64,000 nucleotides of DNA, taken from NCBI GenBank assembly GCA_963773065.1, contig CAVYZN010000011.1:288001-352000 (forward strand), given 5' to 3'. The position numbers and the translations under genes are program-made. This stretch comes from an uncultured Gammaproteobacteria bacterium (GTDB lineage: Bacteria > Pseudomonadota > Gammaproteobacteria > UBA9214). Below the pieces are notes generated by a model, which did not search any database, was not told the DNA's origin, and was given only the letters and a program-made list of their open reading frames with translations. Shown in pieces: positions 24,001-35,601 of the stretch; within the stretch, counting starts at the first letter, position 1, and every line of letters begins with the position of its first letter.

Positions 24001-24333
24001 ATGGCATCGACAAGGAAGGTCGTTGAATATCTGGAGCCGGACGGGGCCTCGCCGTTCGCAAAATGGTTTGCCCGACTTGATCCTCTGGCCGCGGCGAAGG
24101 TGACCACCGCGCTGTACCGGATGGAACAGGGGAATCTTTCCAACGTAAAGCCAGTGGGGCAGGGCGTGTCGGAGTATCGTATCGATTATGGCCCGGGATA
24201 TCGGGTTTATATCGGACAACAGGCAAACGTGCTGACCATCCTGCTCGGCGGTGGCACCAAGAAGGGCCAGAGTGCTGACATCCGCCTGGCCCAACAACGC
24301 TGGCGCGATTACAAGGCGCGCAAAAAGGGGTAA
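24001..24333 (+). CDS. RelE/ParE-superfamily toxin (addiction module killer)
   Basis: GNLSNVKPVGQGVSEYRIDYGPGYRVY, LLGGGTKKGQSADI. Confidence 0.9.
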   Translation: MASTRKVVEYLEPDGASPFAKWFARLDPLAAAKVTTALYRMEQGNLSNVKPVGQGVSEYRIDYGPGYRVYIGQQANVLTILLGGGTKKGQSADIRLAQQRWRDYKARKKG

Positions 24334-24338
24334 ATGCC

Positions 24339-24664
24339 ATGCCGCTCACACGCGAATTCCGGGAAACCGTCCGGGCACGTGCCCAGGCAGACGCGCGCTA
24401 CCGCGCGGCCATGTTCACCGAGGCGGTCAACGAACTCCTTGCCGGCGATCTCGCTACCGGCAAGGCGCTGCTGCGTGACTACGTGAACGCCACCCTTACC
24501 TTCGACCGCCTTGCAGAGGCAACCGGCTTCCGGTCAAAAGCCTGCAACGCATGCTCGGCCCCAGGGGCAATCCCACGGCTGAGAATCTCTTTGCCGTCAT
24601 CAAGGCCCTGCAGGATGCCGAGCACATCATCCTGGCGGTAAAGCCCGTAAGGCATGCCGCCTGA
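24339..24664 (+). CDS. HTH antitoxin (addiction module antidote), frameshifted
   Basis: MPLTREFRETV, LRDYVNAT; alternate frame MLGPRGNPTAENLFAVI. Confidence 0.8.
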
Positions 24665-24689
24665 CAAGCCGGATGCGCAATGATCCGCT

Positions 24690-25197
24690 CACACAAATGC
24701 ATGCTCGACGCCGACCTGGCGGATCTGTACGGAGTCACTACCAAACGCCTGAACAAACAGGTAAGCGCAACCGTGACCGATTCCCGGACGATTTCATGTT
24801 CCAGATTGACCGCGGAAGAAAAGGGCAGGTGGTCGCAAATTGCGACCACCTCGCGCGCCTCAAGTTTTCGCCTGTATTGCCCAACGCCTTCACCGAGCAT
24901 GGCGCGATCATGGCGGCGTCCGTGCTCAATACGCCTCGGGCGGTGGAAATGAGTGTCTATGTCGTGCGCGCCTTCGTCCGTCTGCGGCAGACGCACGGAG
25001 GCAGGAGGTAGAGCAACGCAGGAGCAGTTGCCGAGGTGCTCGCCACCAATGCGGAACTGGGCCGCAAACTCGCCGCGCTGGAGAAGAAATACGACGCGCA
25101 GTTCAAGGTGGTATTCGACGCGATCCGCGAACTGATGATCCCGCCGGAGCCGAAGAAGAGACGGCCCATCGGTTTCGCGCCGTGGGAAGACAAGTAA
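24690..25197 (+). pseudogene. Second ORF6N protein, lacking N-terminus, with a repeat insert
   Basis: MLDADLADLYGV, RFPDDFMFQ, AFTEHGAIMAASVLN, KYDAQFKVVFDAIRELM...RPIGF. Confidence 0.75.
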
Positions 25198-25308
25198 TAT
25201 GAATGTGGGCGGCTTGACACCGTGTCGTCGAATGAATGCATCGATGCCACGGAGGCCATGGATGAACGAGAGCAGCCGGGGCGTAACCCGCTGGTATGAA
25301 CGAACGCG

Positions 25309-26799
25309 ATGAGTGAAGGATTGAAAGAGACGTTGGAGGCATGAGTCCGTATTTACCACAAAACTGGACCGTTTCACGTTGGGTGATCTGGCTAACCATG
25401 ATTCAAATACGGGTATACGGAAAAGGCTCAACGTGAAAAAGTTGGGCCAACGGTTCTTGCGCATTACCGATATCCAGGATGACGCCGTTGATTGGAGTCA
25501 AGTGCCGTTTTGTGTCGAGCGATGATGAAGAAAAGCAAAAGTATCTTTTGCGAAAGGGGGATCTCGTCTTGTGCCATGGAACGGATGCGACTGTAGGTAA
25601 GAGTTTTCTGATTCCTGCATCGATCCCGGAATCTGTTTTCGCATCCTATTTGATTCCGTTCGCCTGCGCCCTGACACTGACCCAAAGTCATGTTTCGTAC
25701 TTCTTTCGCTCGTCCGACTACTGGCGGCAGATTAGCGAAAGCCAGGCAGGTATAGGGCAACCAAACGTTAATGGAAAGAAGCTGGCGCAAATCCAGATTC
25801 CCGTCCGCCCCTCGACCAACAAAAACGCATCGTCGCGGAAATCGAAAAACAATTCTCCCGCCTCGACGAAGCCGTCGCCAACCTCAAGCGCGTCAAGGCC
25901 AACCTCAAACGCTACAAAGCCGCCGTCCTCAAAGCCGCTGTCGAAGGCCGCCTCGTCGAAACCGAAGCCGAACTTGCCGCACAGGGACGTGCGAATGCCG
26001 CGGGAGGCAGGAAGCCGGAAGCGGCCGACCGCCGCGAAGGCCGCAGCTACGAAACCGGCGAGCAACTACTACAACGCATCCTCGAAACCCGCCGCAGCCA
26101 GTGGAAAGGCAAGGGCAAATACAAAGAACCCGCGCCAGACACCACCGACCTGCCCGAATTGCCGGAGGGGTGGGTGTGGACATTGCTCGATAGCCTAATC
26201 GTCGATGGCCCTCAAAACGGTCTTTACCTGCCGAAGTCCTTGTACGGTTCTGGCCACCCAATCTTAAGGATTGATGACTACCAGCAAGATTGGATACGAC
26301 CAGTCGCAGAGCTACAGCGTGTGCGTGCCAAAGCGGAAGATGTCGCGACATACTCACTTCGAAGCGGCGACCTTGTGATTAATCGGGTTAACAGTCCTTC
26401 ACATCTAGGCAAGGTTGCAGTCTGGGCGCCTAGTGCTGAGATGCCAATATTCGAGTCAAACATGATGAGGGCTGCTCTTTTATCCGCTGTGGTTCCACCT
26501 ATATCGCGATTTACCTCCGTTCCGTGGATGGGCGAGCGCGGTTGACTAAGCAAGCGAAATGGGCCGTCAACCAAGCGAGCATCAATCAGCAAGACGTATG
26601 TGGAACGCCAGTACCGTTACCGCCGCTTTCGGAACAAAGCCGAATCGTCGAAGAAGTCGACCGCCGGATGTCCCTTATTCGCGAAACCAACGCTCAAGTT
26701 GACGCCAACACAAAGCGCGTGGAACGCATGCGCCAATCCATTTTGCAGCAAGCGTTTACTGGACGCTTGGTTGTAGATGTCTTCTCGTCGCGACGTTGA
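25309..26799 (+). CDS. hsdS: Type I RM specificity subunit (frameshifted)
   Basis: Two TRDs with conserved helices QQKRIVAEIEKQFSRLDEA, LPEGWVW, PLPPLSEQSRIVEEV, RQSILQQAFTGRL. Confidence 0.9.
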
Positions 26800-26833
26800 G
26801 TCTATGACGCCCGCTGAAGCGATGAGAGGCTAA

Positions 26834-27756
26834 ATGAGAGTCTTGCCCGTTGAGCGTATTCCGGAAGAGTTGTGGGCTGCGAACGTATTGCGGCTACCAA
26901 AGGTCGCTGTCAGTTGCTATAGGGACGAGCTAACTGCGCTAGGTTCGCTTGACGAAGCTAAGAAAGGAACAGACAAGAGATCGATACATGGGGGGTGTGG
27001 AATTGCGGAAACACTGGAACACTTCAAATACCGATTCGGTGTTTCCGCTGGCCGAGTGGAATTTAGCGCGATTGCCCCTGACGCCGGTTTGGAGACAGTA
27101 TCCGACGCGCTAATGGGCGACTTAACTGAAGGCCATGTGACGCTACTGGATATACCGTGTGGTAGTGGGTCGTCAGCGATTTCATTATTGGCAACGCTTG
27201 GAACTTACGGGCAACCGGTGTCCTTCCGATGTTGCCGCTAACCCTCACAGTCGTCGGTGGTGACTGCTCTGATAAGGCGCTTGGGATCTACGATTCGATG
27301 ATGAAGCGGTTACGGCCGCTGGTCACAGCTTATGGAATCGAGATCAATTGGCAAGGGCTGCTTTGGGATGCAACCCGCGCCGACTCAACGGCGAGACTGA
27401 TCGACCAATGGTTTGCCTCGGGTGCTGGCGCAGTCGAGTACATTGTCTGCATCGCGAACTTCAGTGGCGCTTTGACTAGCGCAGGGGTGTTCGACCAGTT
27501 CTCGCCCAGCTTGGAGCAGATACTCGGTCGCCTACATGATAAGAAAGGCGCGCTCATATGGGTTGAGCCTACGAGCACGAAAGTGCAGACCAAGTTCTTA
27601 CCGAGGATTCTGGAATTTCTCAGTAAAAGAATTTCCTGGTTCTCATCTGGAACGGGCGGCACGGCGTTTACGTCTGTGAAATACGAGATGGAAGACCCAC
27701 TCAATGGGAAAGCATTCGAGACTGGGGTTGAGGTCCAGCGGTTTGTGAGGAAATAG
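26834..27756 (+). CDS. SAM-dependent methyltransferase-fold protein, RT-associated (~307 aa after one frameshift near 27205)
   Basis: Motif I LLDIPCGSG, acidic GGDCS after the next strand, IANFSG; lower GC than the host; stop 5 nt before the RT ATG. Confidence 0.65.
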
Positions 27757-27843
27757 GGAACATGGCCTTGAGTTCCAGTCTTCTTGGTCTGCGCGCACTT
27801 CAGGCAACGCGCCGCCTACATTTGCCGTCGTATGTTGGGATCC

Positions 27844-29133
27844 TCAGCAGAATCTGTGGGTGAGCTGTGGCTCGGGTAGCGCCCCAAGTTTATGATAAAG
27901 CATAATCTTTATCGCCTTCGCGGTTCGAAATCCGTAGGATGTTCTGATACTCGCCTTGAGTTTGTTGTTCAGGCCCTCGACTGCGCCGAGTGAGACTTCA
28001 TCGCGCGCCTCGAACCAGTTCAGGATAAGCGGCTTGTGCGTACGGATCATGCGTGCGATCTTCTTCATCGGCTCAAGGCGCGATCGCATCACCTTTTTGC
28101 ACCATTGGTCCAGGAACTTTTCCGCCCACGCCGGGGAGACATACTCCCAAAACAGCTGGAACTCTTCCTTGAGCAGGTAGGCCCGTATGGATTTCAGGTT
28201 GTACAAGAGCAGATCCTTGAGCTTGGTCGCCTGGTTCTCGTTCAAGTTCTCAGGGCGCTTCAACAGACACCAGCGCGAGTGCGTGAGGATCACCTTCGCT
28301 CCTTTAGCGAGGAGTTTCAGAGCGTGTGTTTCCTTCGCGCGAACCTCATCGATGGCTTTGTTCATCTTGGCGGCAATGTGATAGCGATCCAGGATGTTCA
28401 GCGCGTTGGGTGCGTGCTTGGCGATGACATTAAGATAGGGCTTCCACATGTCCGAGCAGACGAACTCGATGAGCGCACTACGTTCCTTGCCGAACCAGAC
28501 GAAGAACTTACGCAGGCTCTTCTCTTGTCGATCCTCGATGACAAACAACAGCCGCTTCATACCCTGGTTGATCTGATACACCAGCGTGAGGAACTTGCCC
28601 TTCTTCCAGTAGATTTCATCCACGCCGATAGCCGAAATACCGGTGAGATCCATGCGTTCGCGTCCCCAGATCACCGCCATCTCGACGGAGCGAAATACGC
28701 TCTCCCAGCTGGTCTGGAAGCGCCGGGATACCACCTGCCAGCTCAGCAGTTTGGCCCAACTGGCGAGGAACCAGGCAAAACTCTGCGTGACCGGGCGCTT
28801 GCCCAAGGCCCACGGTAGATGCTCCACGTGAATACCACACCGAACGCACTCCAGCCGCCGTGGCGCGTACACGAACCAAGTCGTCATTCCCCACAGTGGC
28901 ACAAATTGAAAGCACCGCTCCGCCAGCCTGTCGTACCCCGGCGCCGGCAACAGGCACTGCGAGCACTTGCCATGCTTGCCCTGATGCGCGCGAAGACCGA
29001 TCTCGATGCTCGGCACACAGGCGGACAAGCTCCCCCTTCGAGTGCCGACCGCCGTGCTGATTCGGCTCGACTCATAGACAAACCCCTTCATCGGCTCAAC
29101 GCGGTTGAGCAGCGTCTTCAATGCAAGGTGCAT
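27844..29133 (-). CDS. ISL3 transposase
   Basis: CxxC zinc finger, IGVDEI, CSDMWKPY, LDRYH, VEGLNNKLK, SYGFR. Confidence 0.95.
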   Translation of the reverse strand: MHLALKTLLNRVEPMKGFVYESSRISTAVGTRRGSLSACVPSIEIGLRAHQGKHGKCSQCLLPAPGYDRLAERCFQFVPLWGMTTWFVYAPRRLECVRCGIHVEHLPWALGKRPVTQSFAWFLASWAKLLSWQVVSRRFQTSWESVFRSVEMAVIWGRERMDLTGISAIGVDEIYWKKGKFLTLVYQINQGMKRLLFVIEDRQEKSLRKFFVWFGKERSALIEFVCSDMWKPYLNVIAKHAPNALNILDRYHIAAKMNKAIDEVRAKETHALKLLAKGAKVILTHSRWCLLKRPENLNENQATKLKDLLLYNLKSIRAYLLKEEFQLFWEYVSPAWAEKFLDQWCKKVMRSRLEPMKKIARMIRTHKPLILNWFEARDEVSLGAVEGLNNKLKASIRTSYGFRTAKAIKIMLYHKLGALPEPQLTHRFC

Positions 29134-29162
29134 GGATCATCCAGTTCTGGGAAAATCGGAGT

Positions 29163-29435
29163 ATGCGGAACTGGCTCACCCTACTCAAGCGCAAAAACCC
29201 CCACGCCACCTCTGGCATCTGCGAGCAGTGCTCAAGCACTTCGCTCAAACGAAAGATCGCCACCTACCCGGTCGATCTTAATGGCAGGCTCGCCGGCAGA
29301 CGCATCGATGTCTACCGTGTTGAACTTGATCAATGCCGAAAATGTGGCCATCTCATGCCCACCACAGAGGGACAAGCCAAGGTCAAACGCTGTGTCAAAA
29401 TAGGAAGAAATATCTTCCTTAAAAACCTCAACTAG
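29163..29435 (+). CDS. YgiT/MqsA-type zinc-finger protein (ISL3 passenger)
   Basis: CEQC...CRKCG; lies inside the IS ends, divergent from the transposase. Confidence 0.6.
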   Translation: MRNWLTLLKRKNPHATSGICEQCSSTSLKRKIATYPVDLNGRLAGRRIDVYRVELDQCRKCGHLMPTTEGQAKVKRCVKIGRNIFLKNLN

Positions 29436-29779
29436 CCACACCGGCTACCCACATTTTGTGCGGAATAGCCGTATGTTGCAACGCGCTTTTTGCTGGAATC
29501 AGTCGCAGGGAGTTCTGATAGCTCGTGGGCGGGTGCCGTTTTGCCGCGGAAGTACCAGGCACGCAAGATGGGTCGCTTTCATCCGATCCAAAAGTTCAAG
29601 AAGGCAAGAGAGGACGGCAGCCCAGAATACAGGGACTTTTATGTTCCCAGTCCAACAACTGCTATCACGGAGGCTTTGGTGCTCGCGAACATGGCTTCCT
29701 CTCCGGCCTTTGCGAAGCCAAGAAACGTATTTAGCTATTGGTGGCCAAACCGGCATGAATGTCCGTACAACTTCGAACA

Positions 29780-29836
29780 GTACGCGCCCGATGCCGGTAG
29801 CGCGTGGGTCTTCGGCTTCGGCGGCGGCGGCCAGGT
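29780..29836 (+). other. 57-bp foreign fragment resembling a DGR variable repeat (DUF1566/CLec C-terminus)
   Basis: Encodes YAPDAGSAWVFGFGGGGQ; GC-rich; not needed to restore the RT frame. Confidence 0.5.
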
Positions 29837-29875
29837 TGAACCGCCCCGGGAATTCCGGAGACTCGGTTGTTTGAG

Positions 29876-31095
<1,220 letters not shown>

Positions 31096-32524
31096 AACTC
31101 CATCCTCTCAAGAAATGGAGTCTCCGGTAAACCCGGGGCGGTTCACTACGTTAAAGGATATAGAGCGCGCAATCGGGCAATTGAGCAGTATCTTGAGAAA
31201 AATAGGGACGTCGTGTTGGTCGTCTCGGATATTGAGAAGTTCTATCCCAGCATTTTGAGGAATCGAGTCACTGTACGGTTCAATACATCATTGCGCGAAA
31301 GTGCGATTGCCAAGGATGTGCAGGCCACTGCTTCGACCTTGTTGGAGCACCTTTTCGCCGGAGTGCCCGGAGATAGAGGTGTCGCAACAGGCCCGGAGTT
31401 GAGTCACGTGATTGGTGACTTTGCGCTCAACCGCGTGGATGAAGTGCTAGCAGAGAGGTATGGGGATGCATACTTTCGGTATGTTGACGACATTGTTCTC
31501 GCGGTCCCGCCTGGCGAGAAGGAAAGTGCGATTAGGTTGTTAACTGATCTTGTTGCGAATGAAGAGCTGACTATCCACCGAGACAAGACTGATGTTGTCT
31601 CAAGCGATGAATGGCTAGAGCATGGACCCCACCACACACATCGTATCGAGGAGAATTCGTTTGAAGCTCTTGTATTTATGCTCAAGGTTTACCTTCTCCG
31701 CAACCCTGATGCAGAAACGGCTTTAGCGGAACGTTTGAAAGCAAATGGGTTCGCAATTCCATTGGAACGTATTAGTTGGGCAGGGCGGAGTGGTTCCTTT
31801 TTGTGACCGTCTCACCCGGTTAAGACGAAGGGGATGGTGGGTCGCAATTCGAGCCCTGGTTGCTCGCGAGCGCGATGTGCTGGAGAAGGCGCAGATAGTA
31901 CGCAAGGAGGTACGCGAATCACTAGACAGACTTCTCGCTGCAAATATGCCGCAGGGATCGACCCGCAGAAGGTGGTTCGTTCAGCGTCTTCGATATTTAA
32001 CGAACAGGGCTTTCTACTTGATGCCCACCAGCGATCTGGAGTTTCTAGTCGAGCCGTTGAGTCAGTGGCCTGAGTTCGTTGAGACCGTTGCGCTACTGAA
32101 GATGCTTCTAGGGGGAAACATTAGCGAAATACTGACTATGCCTGGCCCCGGGCTATTAGCCGGCGCCGGATTGCTAAAACAGGCGGGAAGGAGATTGCCC
32201 GACATTGTGCAAGTGCCGAACCACAACCAAAGCATTGTCGATGCCTTATCTATTCTTTTGCTCTTTGATGTGGCGCGTGTTGACGATGCTGTATTTGAAG
32301 TGTTTGTCAAAGATGACAACGAGCTTTTGAAATTTTGTGCTGGGCAGATTCCAACGTCTCGTGTCAGAAACGATTTTTCTTATATTGACGAAATACGTTG
32401 TCTTCAGCTGTCACGCACAGCGCACGACAATGTCGCAATGATTGAGAGCAGATTCTCAGATCAAGAAGGGGTGGTACTCGACGCCCTTGATATTGGTGGC
32501 GAGTATTCGTATTGAGGTAGCAAA

Positions 32525-32605
32525 GTGTCTAATTCACAGTCAAACATCGTCCAAAAACTCTGGAACTACTGCAACGTCCTGCGCGACGACGGCATGTCGT
32601 ACTAA
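32525..32605 (+). pseudogene. hsdM: hsdM 5' fragment 1
   Basis: GTG start with RBS; IVQKLWNYCNVLRDDGMSY then stop; same peptide as the start of the gene at 36430. Confidence 0.85.
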
Positions 32606-32622
32606 AAAAAGGGGCCGGATAC

Positions 32623-34133
32623 GAATGGCACTTACTTAAGGAACAAGCAACTGATGTAACAGATAAAAAAGGCTGGTCCGAGTGATAAGCTATAAGTCGC
32701 CAGACCCATGCTAATCACATAAGGAACCAGCCTTTATGCATCCTAATCAACGCGCCGGTTTGCATCAACAACAACGTGTACGCCGCCATGTCTCAAACAG
32801 TGATTCTTATACCTTCTTCAACCTGCTTACCGGCCCGGAACTGCTGGAGCCAGTGGAATCGCTGTTGCCCGAACACCGGGAACGGTTGTTTCCACCGACC
32901 GAGACGCTGTCGATGTTTCTGGCACAGGCGATGAGCGCGGATCGCTCGTGCCAGCAGGCGGTGGATGAGGCGGCGATCAAGCGACTGGCAGGCGGTCTAC
33001 CCCGGTGTAGTACGCATACCGGCGCTTACTGCCGGGCACGGCAGCGCTTGCCGGTGGGGATGGTCGCCACGTTGACGCGTCGCACCGCCCGTGTGATGGC
33101 CGAGCGCACGCCGCCGAGCTGGCACTGGCGGGGACGGGCAGTGCGGCTGGTCGACGGGGCAACCGTGGCGCTGCCCGATACGCCGGACAACCAGGAGGTC
33201 TATCCGCAACCGGGCAGCCAACAGCCTGGCCTGGGGTTTCCCCTATGCCGTTTGGTCGGCATCATTTGTCTGGCCAGTGGTGCGCTGCTCGATGCGGCCA
33301 TGGGGCCTTGCCGGGGCAAGGGAAGCGATGAACAGTCGCTGCTGCGCTCGATACTCGATGTGTTGGCGCGCGGTGACATCTTGCTGGGCGATGCCTTCTA
33401 TGCCACCTATTTTCTATTGTGTGCGCTGCGGGAGCGGGGCATCGATGGCGTCTTTGAACAACACGGCGCCCGCCGGCGGCGCACCGACTTTCGCCGCGGG
33501 CAGCGGCTGGGAGCGCGGGATCACGTGATTGAACTGCGCAAACCGAAGCTCAAACCCGCCTGGATGAGCCAGGCCGACTACGATCAGGCACCGGATACCC
33601 TGGACGGTGCGGGAACTGCATACCGGCGGCAAGCTTCTGATAACCACCCTGCTGTGCCCGAAGCAAACCACCAAAGCGGCACTGAAGGGGCTCTATCGGG
33701 ACCGCTGGCAGGTGGAGCTCGATCTGCGCAACATCAAGACCACCCTGGGCATGGAGCGGTTGAGTTGCCGCACCCCGGCGATGGCGCAGAAGGAGATCTG
33801 GGTCTATCTGCTCGCCTACAACCTGATCCGACTGCTGATGGCTCAGTCGGCCTTATTGACCGACCTCCTGCCTCGGCAGCTGAGCTTCAAACACACCCTG
33901 CAGATCTGGATTGCCTGGCGGCAAAGTGGGACCGGGAGCGACGATGAGCGTCAACTGGCACAGTTGTTCCTCCTGATTGCGCAACAGCGGGTTGGTAATC
34001 GCCCGGGGCGCATCGAGCCAAGAGCCATGAAACAACGGCCCAAACCCTTTCCACTACTCACCAAACCGAGATATATCGCCAGGGAGAAATCCAGGCATAT
34101 GGACACCCGAAGAAGCTTAAGTAAGTGCCATTC
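32623..34133 (+). mobile_element. IS4-family insertion sequence
   Basis: Perfect 18-bp IRs GAATGGCACTTACTTAAG; 11-bp target duplication GGGCCGGATAC at 32612-32622 and 34134-34144. Confidence 0.93.
32736..34124 (+). CDS. IS4 transposase (frameshifted)
   Basis: LVDGAT, LLGDAFY, YRDRWQVELDLRNIK (YREK-like motif). Confidence 0.9.
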
Positions 34134-34206
34134 GGGCCGGATACATTTTCTGACCTGAGCCGGAGAATATAACTGTTTCTGAAAAATATATCCGACCCCT
34201 TATCTT

Positions 34207-34850
34207 ATGAACACCCTCCGCCTCCTTTCCCATGCAGCCGCAACCATGCCGGCTGGCACGTCGTGGTACCTCGCCGATCTGGGCGAGGCGCGCGGCAAGC
34301 AGGAGCTGTTCACGCGCCAGGCGCCGCAACGCCTCAAGACGCTGCGCGAGCATGCGCTGATCGAAAGCGCCGTATCGAGCAACCGCATCGAAGACGTGAC
34401 GGTGGAGCCCGGGCGCGTGCGCGAATTGATTCTCGGCCAGCCGTTGCTGCGCGACCACGACGAGGAGGAAGTGCGCGGTTACCGCGACGCCTTGACCTTG
34501 ATCGACGATAATCCCGCCGGGCTGCCGGTAAACGAGGCGACCGTCCAGAGGCTGTACCGCCTGGCGCGCGGCGAGATTTGGGATGCCGGCAAGTACAAGG
34601 ATAAGGACAGCGACATCATCGAGCGCTATCCGGATGGCAGCGAGCGGGTGCGTTCCCGCACGGTGTCGGCAGCCGGGACGCCGGCGCGCGTGGCCGAGCT
34701 GGTGGCGGATTGGCGGCGCTGCCTCGACGAACGCTGGATTCACCCGCTGATCGCGCTGGCGGCGTTCAATCTGGATTTTCTCTGCATTCACCCGTTCCGC
34801 GACGGGAACGGGCGCGTGTCGCGCCTGCTCTTGCTGCTTCAGTCCTATCA
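34207..34850 (+). pseudogene. Fic-family protein, truncated after the active site
   Basis: SSNRIE and HPFRDGNGRVSR; runs into unrelated sequence after LLLLQSYH. Confidence 0.8.
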
Positions 34851-34919
34851 TCCGAGCCTTGCCCGTTTGCCAGTTCGTGCACAAGCAGTTGTTCGCGAGA
34901 AACCCGGCTCACCCTTTGG

Positions 34920-34990
34920 GACGACGGCATGAGCTACGGCGACTACGTCGAGCAGTTGACCTATCTGCTGTTTCTCAAAATGGCCGACGC
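34920..34990 (+). pseudogene. hsdM: hsdM 5' fragment 2
   Basis: DDGMSYGDYVEQLTYLLFLKMAD; synonymous differences from the copy at 36484-36553. Confidence 0.85.
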
Positions 34991-35016
34991 CCCCGGTGGG
35001 GCTTTCTTCTCCTGAC

Positions 35017-35062
35017 TTGACATCAGACCAGGGCAAGGTATTCTTCATTCGCGATTCGCGAA
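35017..35062 (+). promoter_or_regulatory. Sigma70-type promoter plus palindromic operator
   Basis: TTGACA-16bp-TATTCT followed by TTCGCGA-T-TCGCGAA just upstream of 35077. Confidence 0.55.
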
Positions 35063-35076
35063 CAGAGAATACGCCC

Positions 35077-35601
35077 ATGGTGCTTAAACCGCAGGATCTT
35101 CTGGTTTTGCTCAAGTTGGTAGCCTTGAAAGAAAATGAATGGTCATACAATAAGTTGGCAGTTGATCTCGGATTGAGCCCAGCCGAAGTGCATGCCGCCG
35201 CAAAGCGCGCCCTGACCGCCCAGCTCGCCGTCAGGAAAGATGGCAGGCTGGTACCCAACATCAGGAATCTGAGTGAGTTCCTGGTCCATGGCCTGCGTTA
35301 CGTTTTCGTTCCCGAGTGGGGTGAGATGACACGCGGGATGCCGACGATCTTTGCGGCCCCGCCATTGAATGCGGTGATTTCACCGTCAGCGGAACCGGCA
35401 CCCGTATGGCCAGATCCGGAGGGCGAATGGCGGGGCTCGTCATTTACGCCGTTGTATAAATCCGTCCCGAAAGCGGCCCGGGCAGATCACAGCCTATACG
35501 AATTGCTGGTACTCGTGGATGCCATCCGGGGTGGCAAGGCACGCGAGCGCAGTATTGCCATCAAGGAGTTGGAGGTGCGGTTAAGCAGTTATCATGCATA
35601 G
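35077..35601 (+). CDS. HTH protein, putative AbiEi-like antitoxin
   Basis: LKPQDLLVLLKL, helix-turn-helix, EFLVHGLRYVF, PLYKSVP; overlaps the downstream nucleotidyltransferase-like gene. Confidence 0.7.
   Translation: MVLKPQDLLVLLKLVALKENEWSYNKLAVDLGLSPAEVHAAAKRALTAQLAVRKDGRLVPNIRNLSEFLVHGLRYVFVPEWGEMTRGMPTIFAAPPLNAVISPSAEPAPVWPDPEGEWRGSSFTPLYKSVPKAARADHSLYELLVLVDAIRGGKARERSIAIKELEVRLSSYHA

Larger units (their letters stand above)
27838..29470 (-). mobile_element. ISL3-family insertion sequence with passenger gene
   Basis: Imperfect terminal IRs (17/24), 8-bp target duplication GTATGTTG at 27830-27837 and 29471-29478. Confidence 0.92.
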
